Positions 22,336 through 38,649 of a DNA stretch of 64,000 bases are shown in pieces (positions within the stretch are counted from its first letter, which is position 1; each line of letters starts with the position of its first letter). Below the pieces are notes generated by a model. That model ran no database searches. It saw nothing but the letters and a program-made list of their open reading frames with translations, and was not told where the DNA came from. Source of the stretch: Macrostomum lignano (Eukaryota); NCBI GenBank assembly GCA_002269645.1, contig NIVC01001524.1, positions 1-64,000 on the forward strand, written 5' to 3'. A program made the position numbers and the translations under genes.

Positions 22336-23192
22336 AACTAAATAACTCCCTGGTATTCTTCCCTATAAATTTGTGCTCAATTTAGTCCGCCAACAAGGGG
22401 TTCCCAGAAAGGTTATTTAGTAAGAAGTTGTACACGCATTTTATTGACCTAAAACGCCATGTGGGATTTTTTTCGTTGCGAGGTTGTTAACGAAATCTGT
22501 TCCCTCTAACATTCCCCGTAGCTCTTTAGAGGCAACTCGCGCTCAAAAAGTGGAACAACTTTTTCCCTTTTTTGCGGACTTCGTCTCTTTTTCAGAGTTT
22601 TATTATCCCAAAAATTGAAGGGAAGATTGGCTAAACGGTTTCAGATAGTTAATGGTGAAATTAGCTCCGGAAGTGTCCAGCTATCGTCAGTAAGCACCCA
22701 ACGTCACGGCAGAGTGCTGATCGAACAACCCATTTTATAATTGTTGTATTCCGCCATCATTTCTCATCGGTTGACTTTTTTCGTTGGGGGGGGGGGTTCC
22801 GATGGGGCTAGTTGGGTGAAATTCGAGTTGGAAACTCGATGGAACTTTGACATTACGGGATCGAGAGCCCTCCAAGTTTGAGCGAGCGGAAACTGCCCAG
22901 AAACACAGTCAAAAAGTCGAACAGTCGAATCTAATATCGAATTTCAACTCGGAACCAAATTGTTCGCATAACCGAGGACCAGTTTTTGTAGAACTAATTC
23001 ACTCTGCTTATAGGAAATTGACACTTCAGTAAATGTAATCGGGCATAAAGTGTACAATATTTACAATACACTTACAAAGTATTTATGTAAGTCAATATGC
23101 GCAATATTTATAACTGCGCAAAATTAATAAATTTATGCATTTATTTATGGTGGGGTAGTTAAGCTAATAAGCTAATATTGGCAATGATTCTA

Positions 23193-23693
23193 ATCAGTCA
23201 GTCAGTCAGTCAGTCAGTCAGTCAGTGAGTCAGTGAGTCAGTTAGTCAGTCAGTCAGTCAGTCAGTCAGTCAGTCAGTCAGTCAGTCAGTCAGTCAGTCA
23301 GTCAGTCAGTCAATCAGTCAGTCAGTCAGTCAGTCAGTCAGTCAGTCAGTCAGTCAGTCAGTCAGTCAGTCAGTCAGTCAATCAGTCAGTCAGTCAGTCA
23401 GTCAGCCAGCCAGTCAGCCAGTCAGTCAGTCAGTCAGGCAGTCAGTCAGTCAGTCAGTCAGTCAGTCAGTCAGTCAGTCAGTCAGTCAGTCAGTCAGTCA
23501 GTCAGTCAGTCAGTCAGTCAGTCAGTCAGTCAGTCAGTCAGTCAGTCAGTCAGTCAGTCAGTCAGTCAGTCAGTCAATCAGTCAGTCAGTCAGTCAGTCA
23601 GTCAGTCAGTCAGTCAGTCAGTCAGTCAGCCAGTCAGTCAGTCAGTCAGTCAGTCAGTCAGTCAGTCAGTCAGTCAGTCAGTGTGTCAGTCAG
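23193..23693. repeat. (GTCA)n microsatellite
   Basis: About 500 bp of tetranucleotide repeat. Confidence 0.97.
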
Positions 23694-24687
23694 GGTCACT
23701 TGATAGTTGGGTCTCCAGATACTGAGTGCTCAATGCCTTTAAAAGAGTACCATAAGGTATCCAGACAGTAAGTGCTTATGGTTCACAAATAGTGCTCAAT
23801 CTCTAAAATGTAACATTTGTAGCTAATCGTTATAATATAGTCCATAGAGTAAGCTTGAGTTCACTAAAGACTTCTTACTTGAGTTCTTTAGAGAGAGTGC
23901 CCTACATAGGTCACTTAAAAATTTAGTCAAATCAGTTTTTTTTTCAAAATCGGCAGTTCATTAAAACAAAAAATGAACCTGACCATATACGAGGTAGAAA
24001 TTGGAATTGTGAAAGGGTTAATCAGTCTGATATTCAAGCAAATTATCTGGGTTGGGGTTGTTACCATGGTACCGGGTGACTGTACTACAGACTCCATCGC
24101 AATGCCACCCATCGCCCTGCATCGCCAGGCCAGGGGTGAACACAGCGCTGAATAAGCATCAACCGTCAATTTTCTCTCTGCGCAAATTCCCGGAAACTTT
24201 TCCTACGTACACAGAATGATGACGCATCCCGGGAAGCTGTTCAGGATGATTCAGCAGCCAAATTGAATTCTGCAGAAGACAGAAACTGGGAAGGCTTACC
24301 TCAGCGATCAAAGCCATGTTCGATGCGAATTTGCTGCACAGAAATGCAAAAAAGTGTTGACGGGCAGAAAAAGCTGGTTTCAGTGCGCCAAGTCGCATCC
24401 CGGAGATACACCTGGAGTTCTATTTATCCTTCACTTCACGGTATGCATGTTCTGAGCTCAGCTTAGCGTGAAACGCATAAATCTAATTAATAATTAATGA
24501 GGAGAAGGCGCCCCCAAACCTGCAGCCAGAAGTTGCCCCCTCCAGGAGATTAACTTAGGCGAAGTGGCTTCGTGACATTTTTAAGGAGTCTGGGGCCCCG
24601 CATTATGACTGCATAATTTATTTGGAGCCAGCCTGTGACTGATCTTGGATTTGCCCTTGAGTGGCACTGCCTGATAACTCGGCGCGG

Positions 24688-25408
<721 letters not shown>

Positions 25409-25702
25409 GCTTCGCTCGCTCTTTCTCGCTATCTACTATCTATAGCCAGGACCTGCACCGGAGCGGTTACGAAAATTAGATTTCTCGGTAGTTGCACGTA
25501 CTCTTTTGCACTACTTGAGTAGTCTGATTTTCGTTCGGCATGGCTGGTTCCAGCAGGTAGTTCCTCTGGATAAAAGCGCTTACCGCGCCCATTGGCTTTC
25601 CAGCTGCCTTAATCGTTTCCGGTGATCTTGTGTGCGTGCTTTCAGCTTGACTGGCTGCGGCAAGCAACGCTTCTCGCTTCGCTCGCTCTTTCTCGCTATC
25701 TA

Positions 25703-25746
<44 letters not shown>

Positions 25747-26156
25747 ATATCTGTATATCCACCAGAAAGCAGAGTTTATCTTCGTTGAATTATTATGTCA
25801 GTTATACCCTAGCAATATTTTAGCCTATAAAACTACTTTTAGTAGCGGGTATTCAAACTTTCACATTTATTCCAGTTCAAGCTTAAAGATTCGTAGAAGT
25901 TGGAAGAGTGATGAGTGATGCTCCGGCACACAGGAAAGTCAAACAGATTGGAAAGAGGCCCTGACAGACAGGTGTGCTGATGAGCGGCCATCATGATTAG
26001 GCAGAGGCTTTATTTCAAGTTACCAAAGCCCAATAGTTCATCAGCTTACTAAAACTCTTTAACTTTCGTTGCTTATGCAAATCAGCCAAGAGTTATTCCC
26101 TCGCACTCCCAATGATCGGTCTGCATTGTGGCTCACATATACTAACTTGGTGACTC

Positions 26157-27845
26157 AGACTCAGTGACTGAAGGATCAGTGAAGAGGCAGACTCAATGAC
26201 TGAAGGATCAGTGAAGAGGCAGACTCAATGACTGAAGCATCAGTGAAGAGGGAGACTCAATGACTGAAGATTCAGTGAAGAGGCAGACTCAAGGACTGAA
26301 GGATCAGTGAAGAGGCAGACTCAAGGACTGAAGGACCAGTGAAGAGGCAGACTCAAGGACTGAAGGATCAGTGAAGAGGCAGACTCAATGACTGAAGGAT
26401 CAGTGAAGAGGCAGACTCAAGGACTGAAGGATCAGTGAAGAGGCAGACTCAAGGACTGAAGGACCAGTGAAGAGGCAGACTAAAGGACTGAAGGATCAGT
26501 GAAGAGGCAGACTCAATGACTGAAGGATCAGTGAAGAGGCAGACTCAAGGACTGAAGATTCAGTGAAGAGGCAGACTCAATGACTGAAGGATCAGTGAAG
26601 AGGCAGACTCAGGGACTGAAGGATCAGTGAAGAGGCAGACTCAGGGACTGAAGGATCAGTGAAGAGGCAGACTCAAGGACTGAAGGACCAGTGAAGAGGC
26701 AGACTCAATGACTGAAGGACCAGTGAAGAGGCAGACTCAAGGACTGAAGGATCAGTGAAGAGGCAGACTCAAGGACTGAAGGATCAGTGAAGAGGCAGAC
26801 TCAAGGACTGAAGGATCAGTGAAGAGGCAGACTCAAGGACTGAAGGACCAGTGAAGAGGCAGACTCAGGGACTGAAGGATCAGTGAAGAGGCAGACTCAG
26901 GGACTGAAGGATCAGTGAAGAGGCAGACTCAATGACTGAAGGATCAGTGAAGAGGCAGACTCAATGACTGAAGGATCAGTGAAGAGGCAGACTCAATGAC
27001 TGAAGGATCAGTGAAGAGGCAGACTCAATGACTGAAGGATCAGTGAAGAGGGAGACTCAATGACTGAAGATTCAGTGAAGAGGCAGACTCAAGGACTGAA
27101 GGATCAGTGAAGAGGCAGACTCAAGGACTGAAGGACCAGTGAAGAGGCAGACTCAAGGACTGAAGGATCAGTGAAGAGGCAGACTCAATGACTGAAGGAT
27201 CAGTGAAGAGGCAGACTCAAGGACTGAAGGATCAGTGAAGAGGCAGACTCAAGGACTGAAGGACCAGTGAAGAGGCAGACTAAAGGACTGAAGGATCAGT
27301 GAAGAGGCAGACTCAATGACTGAAGGATCAGTGAAGAGGCAGACTCAAGGACTGAAGATTCAGTGAAGAGGCAGACTCAATGACTGAAGGATCAGTGAAG
27401 AGGCAGACTCAGGGACTGAAGGATCAGTGAAGAGGCAGACTCAGGGACTGAAGGATCAGTGAAGAGGCAGACTCAAGGACTGAAGGACCAGTGAAGAGGC
27501 AGACTCAATGACTGAAGGACCAGTGAAGAGGCAGACTCAAGGACTGAAGGACCAGTGAAGAGGCAGACTCAAGGACTGAAGGACCAGTGAAGAGGCAGAC
27601 TCAAGGACTGAAGGATCAGTGAAGAGGCAGACTCAATGACTGAAGGATCAGTGAAGAGGCAGACTCAATGACTGAAGGATCAGTGAAGAGGCAGACTCAA
27701 TGACTGAAGGATCAGTGAAGAGGCAGACTCAAGGACTGAAGGACCAGTGAAGAGGCAGACTCAAGGACTGAAGGACCAGTGAAGAGGCAGACTCAAGGAC
27801 TGAAGAATCAGTGAAGAGGCAGACTCAAGGACTGAAGGATCCGTG
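26157..27845. repeat. 32-bp minisatellite (GAGGCAGACTCAAGGACTGAAGGATCAGTGAA)n
   Basis: About 52 head-to-tail units with no spacers. Confidence 0.95.
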
Positions 27846-28502
27846 AGGTGCATACTTAAAGCTACTTAAGAAATCGATAATCAATTGCTTACCCCTTCAG
27901 CACTGCTGAGGTCCTCGAGGCCTCTCAGTAGCATTTCACCTGCCGGAAGCTCCTCGGTTTCCTGCTGCAAGTCCTTGGCAACTGCAGATAGCTGACTGTC
28001 GGTGTCTCCGCTCTGATGACTATTGACAAACAGCAGAGGTTGCAGAGGCGGTCGTATCCACGATTGCACAGTAGAAATTACAGGCACTGTAGTTATTAGA
28101 GCGTTGCTGTCAGCAGAAGATTGTGAACTAGTTGTGCAGCGATGGGTTTCCTGCAAAGAAGACGAAAAGATGGGAATTTCTATATATTGTAAAAATAACC
28201 AAAAAGCTCTCGAATTTGATTGGATTCTTGAGAAAGGATGTGGAGCTCCTATTATAAAGATGGACAAAAGTCTTTTGTTTCGAAACTCTCTCTACCTCAA
28301 CTATTCGAATGACCTGACGCCATAGCAACTAACTGAGGCAATTAGTTCGAGAGGAAGACGGCTTTGTTACAATGAGATGCCTCACTTGAGTCACTACAGT
28401 AGCTGATGAGCTCGTTCAGTTAGGTGAAAGTTCAGTGAGACAGTTTCGATGTACTTTTAATTTGGGGAGCCATTTCTAAGAAAAAGCCACTTTAAATTTG
28501 AT

Positions 28503-29470
28503 AGTGCCATTTTCATCTTGATGGTGCCATTTTTATCTTGATGGTGCCATTTTTATCTTGATGGTGTCATTTTCATCTTGATGGTGTCATTTTCATCTTG
28601 ATGATGCCATTTATTGGATGGTGCCATTTTCATTTGGATGGTGCCATTTTTATTTGGAAAATGCCATTTTCACATTGAAGGTGCCATTTTCATCTTGATG
28701 GTGCCATTTTCATCTTGATGGTGTTATTTTCATCTTGATGATGCCATTTTTTGGATGGTGCCATTTTCATTTGGATGGTGCCATTTTTATTTGGATAATG
28801 CCATTTTCACATTGAAGGTGCCATTTTCATCTTGAAGGTGCCATTTTCATCTTGAAGGTGCCATTTTTATCTTGATTGTGCCATTTTCATCTTGATGGTG
28901 TCATTTTCATCTTGATGGTGTCATTTTCATCTTGATGGTGTCATTTTCATCTTGATGATGCCATTTTTTTGGATGGTGCCATTTTCATTTGGATGGTGCC
29001 ATTTTTATTTGGATAATGCCATTTTCACATTGAAGGTGCCATTTTCATCTTGATGGTGCCATTTTCATCTTGATGGTGTTATTTTCATCTTGATGATGCC
29101 ATTTTTTGGATGGTGCCATTTTCATTTGGATGGTGCCATTTTTTTTTGGATAATGCCATTTTCACATTGAAGGTGCCATTTTCATCTTGAAGGTGCCATT
29201 TTCATCTTGAAGGTGCCATTTTTATCTTGATTGTGCCATTTTCATCTTGATGGTGTCATTTTCATCTTGATGGTGTCATTTTCATCTTGATGGTGTCATT
29301 TTCATCTTGATGATGCCATTTTTTTGGATGGTGCCATTTTCATTTGGATGGTGCCATTTTTATTTGGATAATGCCATTTTCACATTGAAGGTGCCATTTT
29401 CATCTTGATGGTGCCATTTTTTCATTTAAATGGTGCCATTTTTATTTGGATGGTGCCATTTTCATCTTGA
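28503..29470. repeat. About 20-bp minisatellite (GGTGCCATTTTCATCTTGAT)n
   Basis: Direct tandem repeats. Confidence 0.93.
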
Positions 29471-30124
29471 TGGTTCCGCTTTCATCTTCTTGGTAAAATC
29501 TAACTTTGACTTATTATTTTTACCCAAAAAAGAATACGCATAATTGCTCACCTGTAAATTATTGCTAGAAAAGTCACGAAGGCCTTTGCCAGAGCTTTCG
29601 GAGCCTGCTGTCAACGGTTCATTGGGTTCGACCACGCCAATGTCACTCGAAGTTGTTTTAACTTGACATGACATAAAGTCTGACATGACAGCTTGGAAAT
29701 CCTCCTGCACTTGGGTTTCTGCGGGGAGATGTGTGTGAGTGTGTGTATCTGTGCTTTAATTTGAATCGAGAACTATGGATATATCGATTAATCACTAAGC
29801 AGAGAGATGTACCTCAGCTCTCAACTCTCGTGACTCAACGACTGATCTCGTTTAGTTGTCATGCAGCCCTGTGCTACTCTATTATATGTATAAGAAATCA
29901 ATTCTGATCCCGCCTAGGGGGAGTTCATTGCGGTTTTTTGTAATGATGGGCCAAGCCAAGATTGGGTTCAGAGGATGAACAGAGAAATAGGGGAAGAAAT
30001 GGGAAGAAAAGGAAAGGTGGAGTCATTGCTAGGTGATAGGAGATAAAGTATGGAAGTTCGTAAGGAGTCTAGGGACTGATGGATGTGATGGGTCGGGTTT
30101 GACCGTTTGGACCGATAAAGTGGC

Positions 30125-30797
30125 ATTCTAGGGTGAGATTCTCATAGATTGTAGCAGTCTAGTATGAGATTCTCAAAGATTGGAGCATTCTAGGGTGAGA
30201 TTCTCATAGATTGTAGCAGTCTAGTATGAGATTCTCAAATATTGGAGCAGTCTAGGGTGAGATTCTCATAGATTGGAGCATTCAAGGGTGAGATTCTCAT
30301 AGATTGTAGCATTCTAGGGTGAGATTCTCATAGATTGTAGCAGTCTAGTATGAGATTCTCAAAGATTGGAGCAGTCTAGGGTGAGATTCTCATAGATTGT
30401 AGCAATCTAGTATGAGATTCTCAAAGATTAGAGCAGTCTAGGGTGAGATTCTCATAGATTGTAGCATTCTAGGGTGAGATTCTCATAGATTGTTGCAGTC
30501 TAGTATGAGATTCTCAAAGATTGGAGCAGTCTAGGGTGAGATTCTCATAGATTGTAGCATTCTAGGGTGAGATTATCATAGATTGTAGCAGTCTAGGATG
30601 AGATTCTCAAAGATTGGAGCAGTCTAGGGTGAGATTATCATAGATTGTAGCAGTCTAGGGTAAGATTCTCATAGATTGTAGCATTCTGGGGTGAGATTCT
30701 CATATATTGGAGCAGTCTAGGGTGAGATTCTCATAGATTGTAGCATTCTGGGTGAGATTCTCATATATTGGAGCAGTATAGGGTGAGATTCTCATTG
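30125..30797. repeat. 31-bp minisatellite with alternating A/B variants and a TGAGATTCTCA near-palindrome
   Basis: Direct tandem repeats. Confidence 0.9.
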
Positions 30798-31304
30798 CTA
30801 ATCGTTTTGAGAGCAGAATCTGTCTTTCAGAATCTGTCTGATATTCAGACTCATTAATTATTGAAATAAAAGCAGGATTTTCACATACACTACAGCTGTG
30901 TAATATGAGCAAAGCTAAGCTAATAAGCATCTTCACTTCTTCAACGGAATAGCATGCACTCCCTCAGGATGACCAAATTCTCAGGTTGCTTCGATTCCTG
31001 GGTAGCTCTTTTTTAAAGTCGCTTACAACCCCAAACTCTATCTCGACAACAAATTTTCTTTTGTTAAAGCTCGGTGCTCAATTAAACTAATACTAAACTA
31101 TGGATGAACTACAGGTATAAGATAATTAAATGGGATTATTATAAAATTATCGATTAATCTGATCTAATCACTTTTGCCAGCTTGTGATAGGGAAATAGAG
31201 GAATTTTTTCTAAGACAAAAACGAAGAGTACATAATTGAGAAGCTGAATTGTTATTTTGTACGCCGAGGATGAGATTTTGATGCGATGAAATGGGACTTG
31301 ACGC

Positions 31305-33560
31305 ACTGAGACGAGATTTGAGGCACTGAGGTGGGATTTTGAGGCACTGAGATGGGATTTGAAGCACTGAGATGGGATTTGAGGCACTGAGATGGGATTT
31401 GAAGCACTGAGATGGGATTTGAGGCACTGAGATCGGATTTGAAGCACTGAGATGGGATTTGAAGCACTGAGGTGGGATTTTGAGGCTCTGAGACGAGATT
31501 TGAGGCACTGAGGTGGGATTTTGAGGCACTGAGACGAGATTTGAGGCACTGAGGTGGGATTTTGAGGCACTGAGATGGGATTTGAGGCACTGAGGTGGGA
31601 TTTGAGGCACTGAGATGGGTTTTGAGGCACTGAGATGGAATTTGAGGCACTGAGATGGGATTTGAGGCACTGAGATGGGATTTGAGGCACTGAGGTGGGA
31701 TTTGAGGCACTGAGGTGGGATTCTGAGGCTCTGAGACGAGATTTGAGGCACTGAGGTTGGATTTTGAGGCACTGAGACGAGATTTGAGGCACTGAGGTGG
31801 GATTTTGAGGCACTGAGATGGGATTTGAGGCACTGAGGTGGGATTTGAGGCACTGAGGTGGGATTTTGAGGCTCTGAGACGAGATTTTAAGGCACTGAGA
31901 TGGAATTTGAGGCACTGAGATGAGATTTGAGGCACTGAGATGGATTTGAAGCACTGAGGTGGGATTTTGAGGCACTGAGGTTGGATTTTGAGGCTCTGAG
32001 ACGAGATTTGAGGCACTGAGGTGGGATTTTGAGGCTCTGAGACGAGATTTTAAGGCACTGAGATGGAATTTGAGGCACTGAGATGGGATTTGAGGCACTG
32101 AGATGGATTTGAAGCACTGAGGTGGGATTTTGAGGCTCTGAGGTTGGATTTTGAGGCTCTGAGACGAGATTTGAGGCACTGAGGTGGAATTTTGAGGCAC
32201 TGAGACGAGATTTGAGGCACTGAGATGGGATTTGAAGCACTGAGGTGGGATTTTGCGGCTCTGAGACGAGATTTTAAGGCACTGAGATGGAATTTGAGGC
32301 ACTGAGATGGGATTTGAGGCACTGAGATGGGATTTGAGGCACTGAGATGGGATTTGAGGCACTGAGATGGGATTTGAAGCACTGAGATGGGATTTGAGGC
32401 ACTGAGGTGGGATTTTGCGGCTCTGAGACGAGATTTTAAGGCACTGAGATGGAATTTGAGGCACTGAGATGGGATTTGAGGCACTGAGATGGGATTTGAG
32501 GCACTGAGATGGGATTTGAGGCACTGAGGTGGGATTTGAGGCACTGAGATGGGATTTGAGGCACTGAGGTGGGATTTGAAGCACTGAGATGGGATTTGAG
32601 GCACTGAGGTGGGATTTTGAGGCACTGAGATGGGTTTTGAGGCACTGAGATGGAATTTGAGGCACTGAGGTGGGATTTTGAGGCTCTGAGACGAGATTTG
32701 AGGCACAGAGACGAGATTTGAGGCACTGAGGTGGGATTTTGAGGCACTGAGATGGGATTTGAAGCACTGAGATGGGATTTGAGGCACTGAGATGGGATTT
32801 GAGGCACTGAGGTGGGATTTGAGGCACTGAGGTGGGATTTTGAGGCTCTGAGACGAGATTTTAAGGCACTGAGATGGAATTTGAGGCACTGAGATGGGAT
32901 TTGAGGCACTGAGATGGATTTGAAGCACTGAGGTGGGATTTTGAGGCACTGAGGTTGGATTTTGAGGCTCTGAGACGAGATTTGAGGCACTGAGGTGGGA
33001 TTTTAAGGCTCTGAGACGAGATTTTAAGGCACTGAGATGGAATTTGAGGCACTGAGATGGGATTTGAGGCACTGAGACGAGATTTGAGGCACTGAGGTGG
33101 GATTTTGAGGCACAGAGACGAGATTTGAGGCACTGAGGTGGGATTTTGAGGCACTGAGATGGGATTTGAAGCACTGAGATGGGATTTGAGGCACTGAGAT
33201 GGGATTTGAGGCACTGAGATGGGATTTGAGGCACTGAGGTGGGATTTTGAGGCTCTGAGACGAGATTTGAGGCACTGAGGTGGGATTTTGAGGCACTGAG
33301 ACGAGATTTTAAGGCACTGAGATGGAATTTGAGGCACTGAGATGGGATTTGAAGCACTGAGATGGGATTTGAGGCACTGAGGTGGGATTTGAAGCACTGA
33401 GATGGGATTTAAGGCACTGAGGTGGGATTTTGAGGCACTGAGATGGGATTTGAGGCACTGAGATGGGATTTGAGGCACTGAGGTGGGATTTGAAGCACTG
33501 AGATGGGATTTGCGGCATTGAGGTGGGATTCGAGGCACTGAGATTGGATTTGAGGCACTG
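31305..33560. repeat. 20-21-bp minisatellite (GAGGCACTGAGATGGGATTT)n
   Basis: Direct tandem repeats. Confidence 0.95.
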
Positions 33561-33639
33561 GGATTGAATTGTGAGTACTTATAATTGATTTGACACATTG
33601 GGATGAAATTTAAGGCACCGAGATGGGATTCAAGACATT

Positions 33640-36600
33640 GAGAATCAATGGCACCAATATCAGAACAAGATGGCGCCAATATCAGAATCAGATGGCGTCA
33701 AAATCAGAACCAGATAGCGCCAATATCAGAATCAAATGGCGCCAATATCAGAATCAAATGGCACCAATATCAGAATCGAATGGCACCAATATCAGAATCA
33801 AATGGCGCCAATATCAGAACCAGATGGCGCCAATATCAGAATCAAATGGCACCAATATCAGAATCAAATGGCACCAATATCAGAATCGAATGGCGCCAAT
33901 ATCAGAACCAGATGGCGCCAATATCAGAACCAAATGGCGCCAATATCAGAACCAAATGGCGCCAATATCAGAACCAAATGGCGCCAATATCAGAATCAAA
34001 TGGCACCAATATCAGAACCAAATGCCGCCAATATCAGAATCAAATGGCACCAATATCAGAATCAAATGGCACCAATATCAGAATCAGATGGCGCCAACCA
34101 ATATCAGAACCAGATGGCGCCAATATCAGAATCAAATGGTGCCAATATCAGAATCAAATGGTGCCAATATCAGAACCAAATGGCACCAATATCAGAATCA
34201 AATGGCACCAATATCAGAATCGAATGGCACCAATATCAGAATCAAATGGCACCAATATCAGAACCAAATGGCGCCAATATCAGAACCAAATGGCGCCAAT
34301 ATCAGAACCAAATGGCGCCAATATCAGAATCAAATGGCGCCAATATCAGAATCAAATGGCGCCAATATCAGAACCAGATGGCGCCAATATCAGAATCAAA
34401 TGGTGCCAATATCAGAACCAAATGGCACCAATATCAGAATCAAATGGCACCAATATCAGAATCGAATGGCACCAATATCAGAATCAAATGGCGCCAATAT
34501 CAGAACCAAATGGCGCAAATATCAGAATCAAATGGCACCAATATCAGAATCGAATGGCACCAATATCAGAATCAAATGGCGCCAATATCAGAACCAGATG
34601 GCGCCAATATCAGAATCAAATGGCACCAATATCAGAATCAAATGGCACCAATATCAGAATCAAATGGTGCCAATATCAGAACCAAATGGCGCCAATATCA
34701 GAATTAAATGGCGCCAATATCAGAATCAAATGGCGCCAATATCAGAACCAGATGGCGCCAATATCAGAATCAAATGGCGCCAATATCAGAACCAAATGGC
34801 ACCAATATCAGAATCAAATGGCACCAATATCAGAATCAAATGGCGCCAATATCAGAACCAAATGGCGCAAATATCAGAATCAAATGGCACCAATATCAGA
34901 ATCGAATGGCACCAATATCAGAATCAAATGCCGCCAATATCAGAACCAGATGGCGCCAATATCAGAATCAAATGGCACCAATATCAGAATCAAATGGCAC
35001 CAATATCAGAATCAAATGGTGCCAATATCAGAACCAAATGGCGCCAATATCAGAACCAAATGGCGCCAATATCAGAACCAAATGGCGCCAATATCAGAAT
35101 CAAATGGCACCAATATCAGAATCAAATGGCACCAATATCAGAATCAGATGGCGCCAACCAATATCAGAACCAGATGGCGCCAATATCAGAATCAAATGGC
35201 GCCAATATCAGAATCAAATGGCGCCAATATCAGAACCAGATGGCGCCAATATCAGAATCAAATGGTGCCAATATCAGAACCAAATGGCACCAATATCAGA
35301 ATCAAATGGCACCAATATCAGAATCGAATGGCACCAATATCAGAATCAAATGGCACCAATATCAGAACCAAATGGCGCCAATATCAGAACCAAATGGCGC
35401 CAATATCAGAATCAAATGGCGCCAATATCAGAATCAAATGGCGCCAATATCAGAATCAAATGGCGCCAATATCAGAACCAGATGGCGCCAATATCAGAAT
35501 CAAATGGTGCCAATATCAGAACCAAATGGCACCAATATCAGAATCAAATGGCACCAATATCAGAATCGAATGGCACCAAAATCAGAATCAAATGGCGCCA
35601 ATATCAGAACCAAATGGCGCAAATATCAGAATCAAATGGCACCAATATCAGAATCGAATGTCACCAATATCAGAATCAAATGGCGCCAATATCAGAACCA
35701 GATGGCGCCAATATCAGAATCAAATGGCACCAATATCAGAATCAAATGGCACCAATATCAGAATCAAATGGTGCCAATATTAGAACCAAATGGCGCCAAT
35801 ATCAGAACCAAATGGCGCCAATATCAGAACCAAATGGCGCCAATATCAGAATCAAATGGCACCAATATCAGAATCAAATGGCACCAATATCAGAATCAGA
35901 TGGCGCCAACCAATATCAGAACCAGATGGCGCCAATATCAGAATCAAATGGCACCAATATCAGAATCAAATGGCGCCAATATCAGAACCAGATGGCGCCA
36001 ATATCAGAATCAAATGGTGCCAATATCAGAACCAAATGGCACCAATATCAGAATCAAATGGCACCAATATCAGAATCGAATGGCACCAATATCAGAATCA
36101 AATGGCACCAATATCAGAACCAAATGGCGCCAATATCAGAACCAAATGGCGCCAATATCAGAATCAAATGGCGCCAATATCAGAATCAAATGGCGCCAAT
36201 ATCAGAATCAAATGGCGCCAATATCAGAACCAGATGGCGCCAATATCAGAATCAAATGGTGCCAATATCAGAACCAAATGGCACCAATATCAGAATCAAA
36301 TGGCACCAATATCAGAATCGAATGGCACCAAAATCAGAATCAAATGGCGCCAATATCAGAACCAAATGGCGCAAATATCAGAATCAAATGGCACCAATAT
36401 CAGAATCGAATGGCACCAATATCAGAATCAAATGGCGCCAATATCAGAACCAGATGGCGCCAATATCAGAATCAAATGGCACCAATATCAGAATCAAATG
36501 GCACCAATATCAGAATCAAATGGTGCCAATATTAGAACCAAATGGCGCCAATATCAGAACCAAATGGCGCCAATATCAGAACCAAATGGCGCCAATATCA

Positions 36601-38160
36601 GAATCAAATGGCACCAATATCAGAATCAAATGGCACCAATATCAGAATCAGATGGCGCCAACCAATATCAGAACCAGATGGCGCCAATATCAGAATCAGA
36701 TGGCGCCAATATCAGAATCAGATGGCGCCAATATCAGAACCAAATGGCGCCAATATCAGAACCAAATGGCGCCAATATCAGAGTCAGATGGCGCCAACCA
36801 ATATCAGAACCAGATGGCGCCAATATCAGAATCAGATGGCGCCAATATCAGAATCAGATGGCGCCAATATCAGAACCAAATGGCGCCAATATCAGAATCA
36901 AATGGCGCCAATATCAGAACCAGATGGCGCCAATATCAGAATCAAATGGCGCCAATATCAGAACCAAATGGCGCAAATATCAGAATCAAATGGCACCAAT
37001 ATCAGAATCGAATGGCACCAATATCAGAATCAAATGGCGCCAATATCAGAACCAGATGGTTCCATTATCAGAATCAAATGGTGCCAATATCAGAACCAAA
37101 TGGCGCCAATATCAGAACCAAATGGCGCCAATATCAGAATCAAATGGCACCAATATCAGAATCAGATGGCGCCAACCAATATCAGAACCAGATGGCGCCA
37201 ATATCAGAATCAAATGGCGCCAATATCAGAATCAAATGGCGCCAATATCAGAACCAGATGGCGCCAATATCAGAATCAAATGGTGCCAATATCAGAACCA
37301 AATGGCACCAATATCAGAATCAAATGGCACCAATATCAGAATCGAATGGCACCAATATCAGAATCAAATGGCACCAATATCAGAACCAAATGGCGCCAAT
37401 ATCAGAACCAAATGGCGCCAATATCAGAACCAAATGGCGCCAATATCAGAATCAAATGGCGCCAATATCAGAATCAAATGGCGCCAATATCAGAACCAGA
37501 TGGCGCCAATATCAGAATCAAATGGTGCCAATATCAGAACCAAATGGCACCAATATCAGAATCAAATGGCACCAATATCAGAATCGAATGGCACCAAAAT
37601 CAGAATCAAATGGCGCCAATATCAGAACCAAATGGCGCAAATATCAGAATCAAATGGCACCAATATCAGAATCGAATGGCACCAATATCAGAATCAAATG
37701 GCGCCAATATCAGAACCAGATGGCGCCAATATCAGAATCAAATGGCACCAATATCAGAATCAAATGGCACCAATATCAGAATCAAATGGTGCCAATATCA
37801 GAACCAAATGGCGCCAATATCAGAACCAAATGGCGCCAATATCAGAACCAAATGGCGCCAATATCAGAATCAAATGGCACCAATATCAGAATCAAATGGC
37901 ACCAATATCAGAATCAGATGGCGCCAACCAATATCAGAACCAGATGGCGCCAATATCAGAATCAGATGGCGCCAATATCAGAATCAGATGGCGCCAATAT
38001 CAGAACCAAATGGCGCCAATATCAGAACCAAATGGCGCCAATATCAGAGTCAGATGGCGCCAACCAATATCAGAACCAGATGGCGCCAATATCAGAATCA
38101 GATGGCGCCAATATCAGAATCAGATGGCGCCAATATCAGAATCAGATGGCGCCAATGGCT
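33640..38160. repeat. 22-bp minisatellite (ATGGCGCCAATATCAGAATCAA)n, about 4.5 kb
   Basis: About 200 tandem units. The long ORFs here are repeat artefacts. Confidence 0.96.
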
Positions 38161-38649
38161 TTGCTTACCTTTTACCTCTTTCCGAGCCAAATTGAAATCT
38201 CCTGAAGTGATAAATTGGTGCACAAATGTCAAATCATTTCTTCAACTCGCTAATTCAGTTCCAAGAAACCGTCTGCAACCCAGTCTGTGCACAAAGCTTC
38301 ATAATCCTAGTTAATGAGTTTTTATTCTGTAAGCAAACCTGCCGTCTCATTGGCTGAGGCGATCTGTCCCTGGTGTCTGGTGGAACGAAATTCAGAGAGA
38401 TTATAAAAATTTCTGCGAAAGGGGAAGACTGGGGGGTCAGTCCCTCAGTGGCTGCAATTCATATAAATTTATTGACCATGGATGTCTAATATGACAAATC
38501 TGGATTGGGAAAGTCCCTCTGGGAATGAGACTGATGACATGGCTACATGTACCAGCGATTCGTCCTGCAATTTCTATAAATGATATGATTGTTTTGAATA
38601 TAGACATTAATGGTAATTCAACTATCCATTTTAGCGCCATTGTAGTGTC

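Noticed and set aside
26157-27845. CRISPR-like regular 32-bp repeats (also the 34-bp array at 43.4 kb)
   Set aside because: Units are contiguous with no unique spacers, there are no cas genes, and the context is eukaryotic.
31154-38314. ORFs of up to 1165 aa in the 20-22-bp arrays
   Set aside because: Unit lengths cycle through frames and overlapping ORFs occur in all frames, so they are repeat artefacts.
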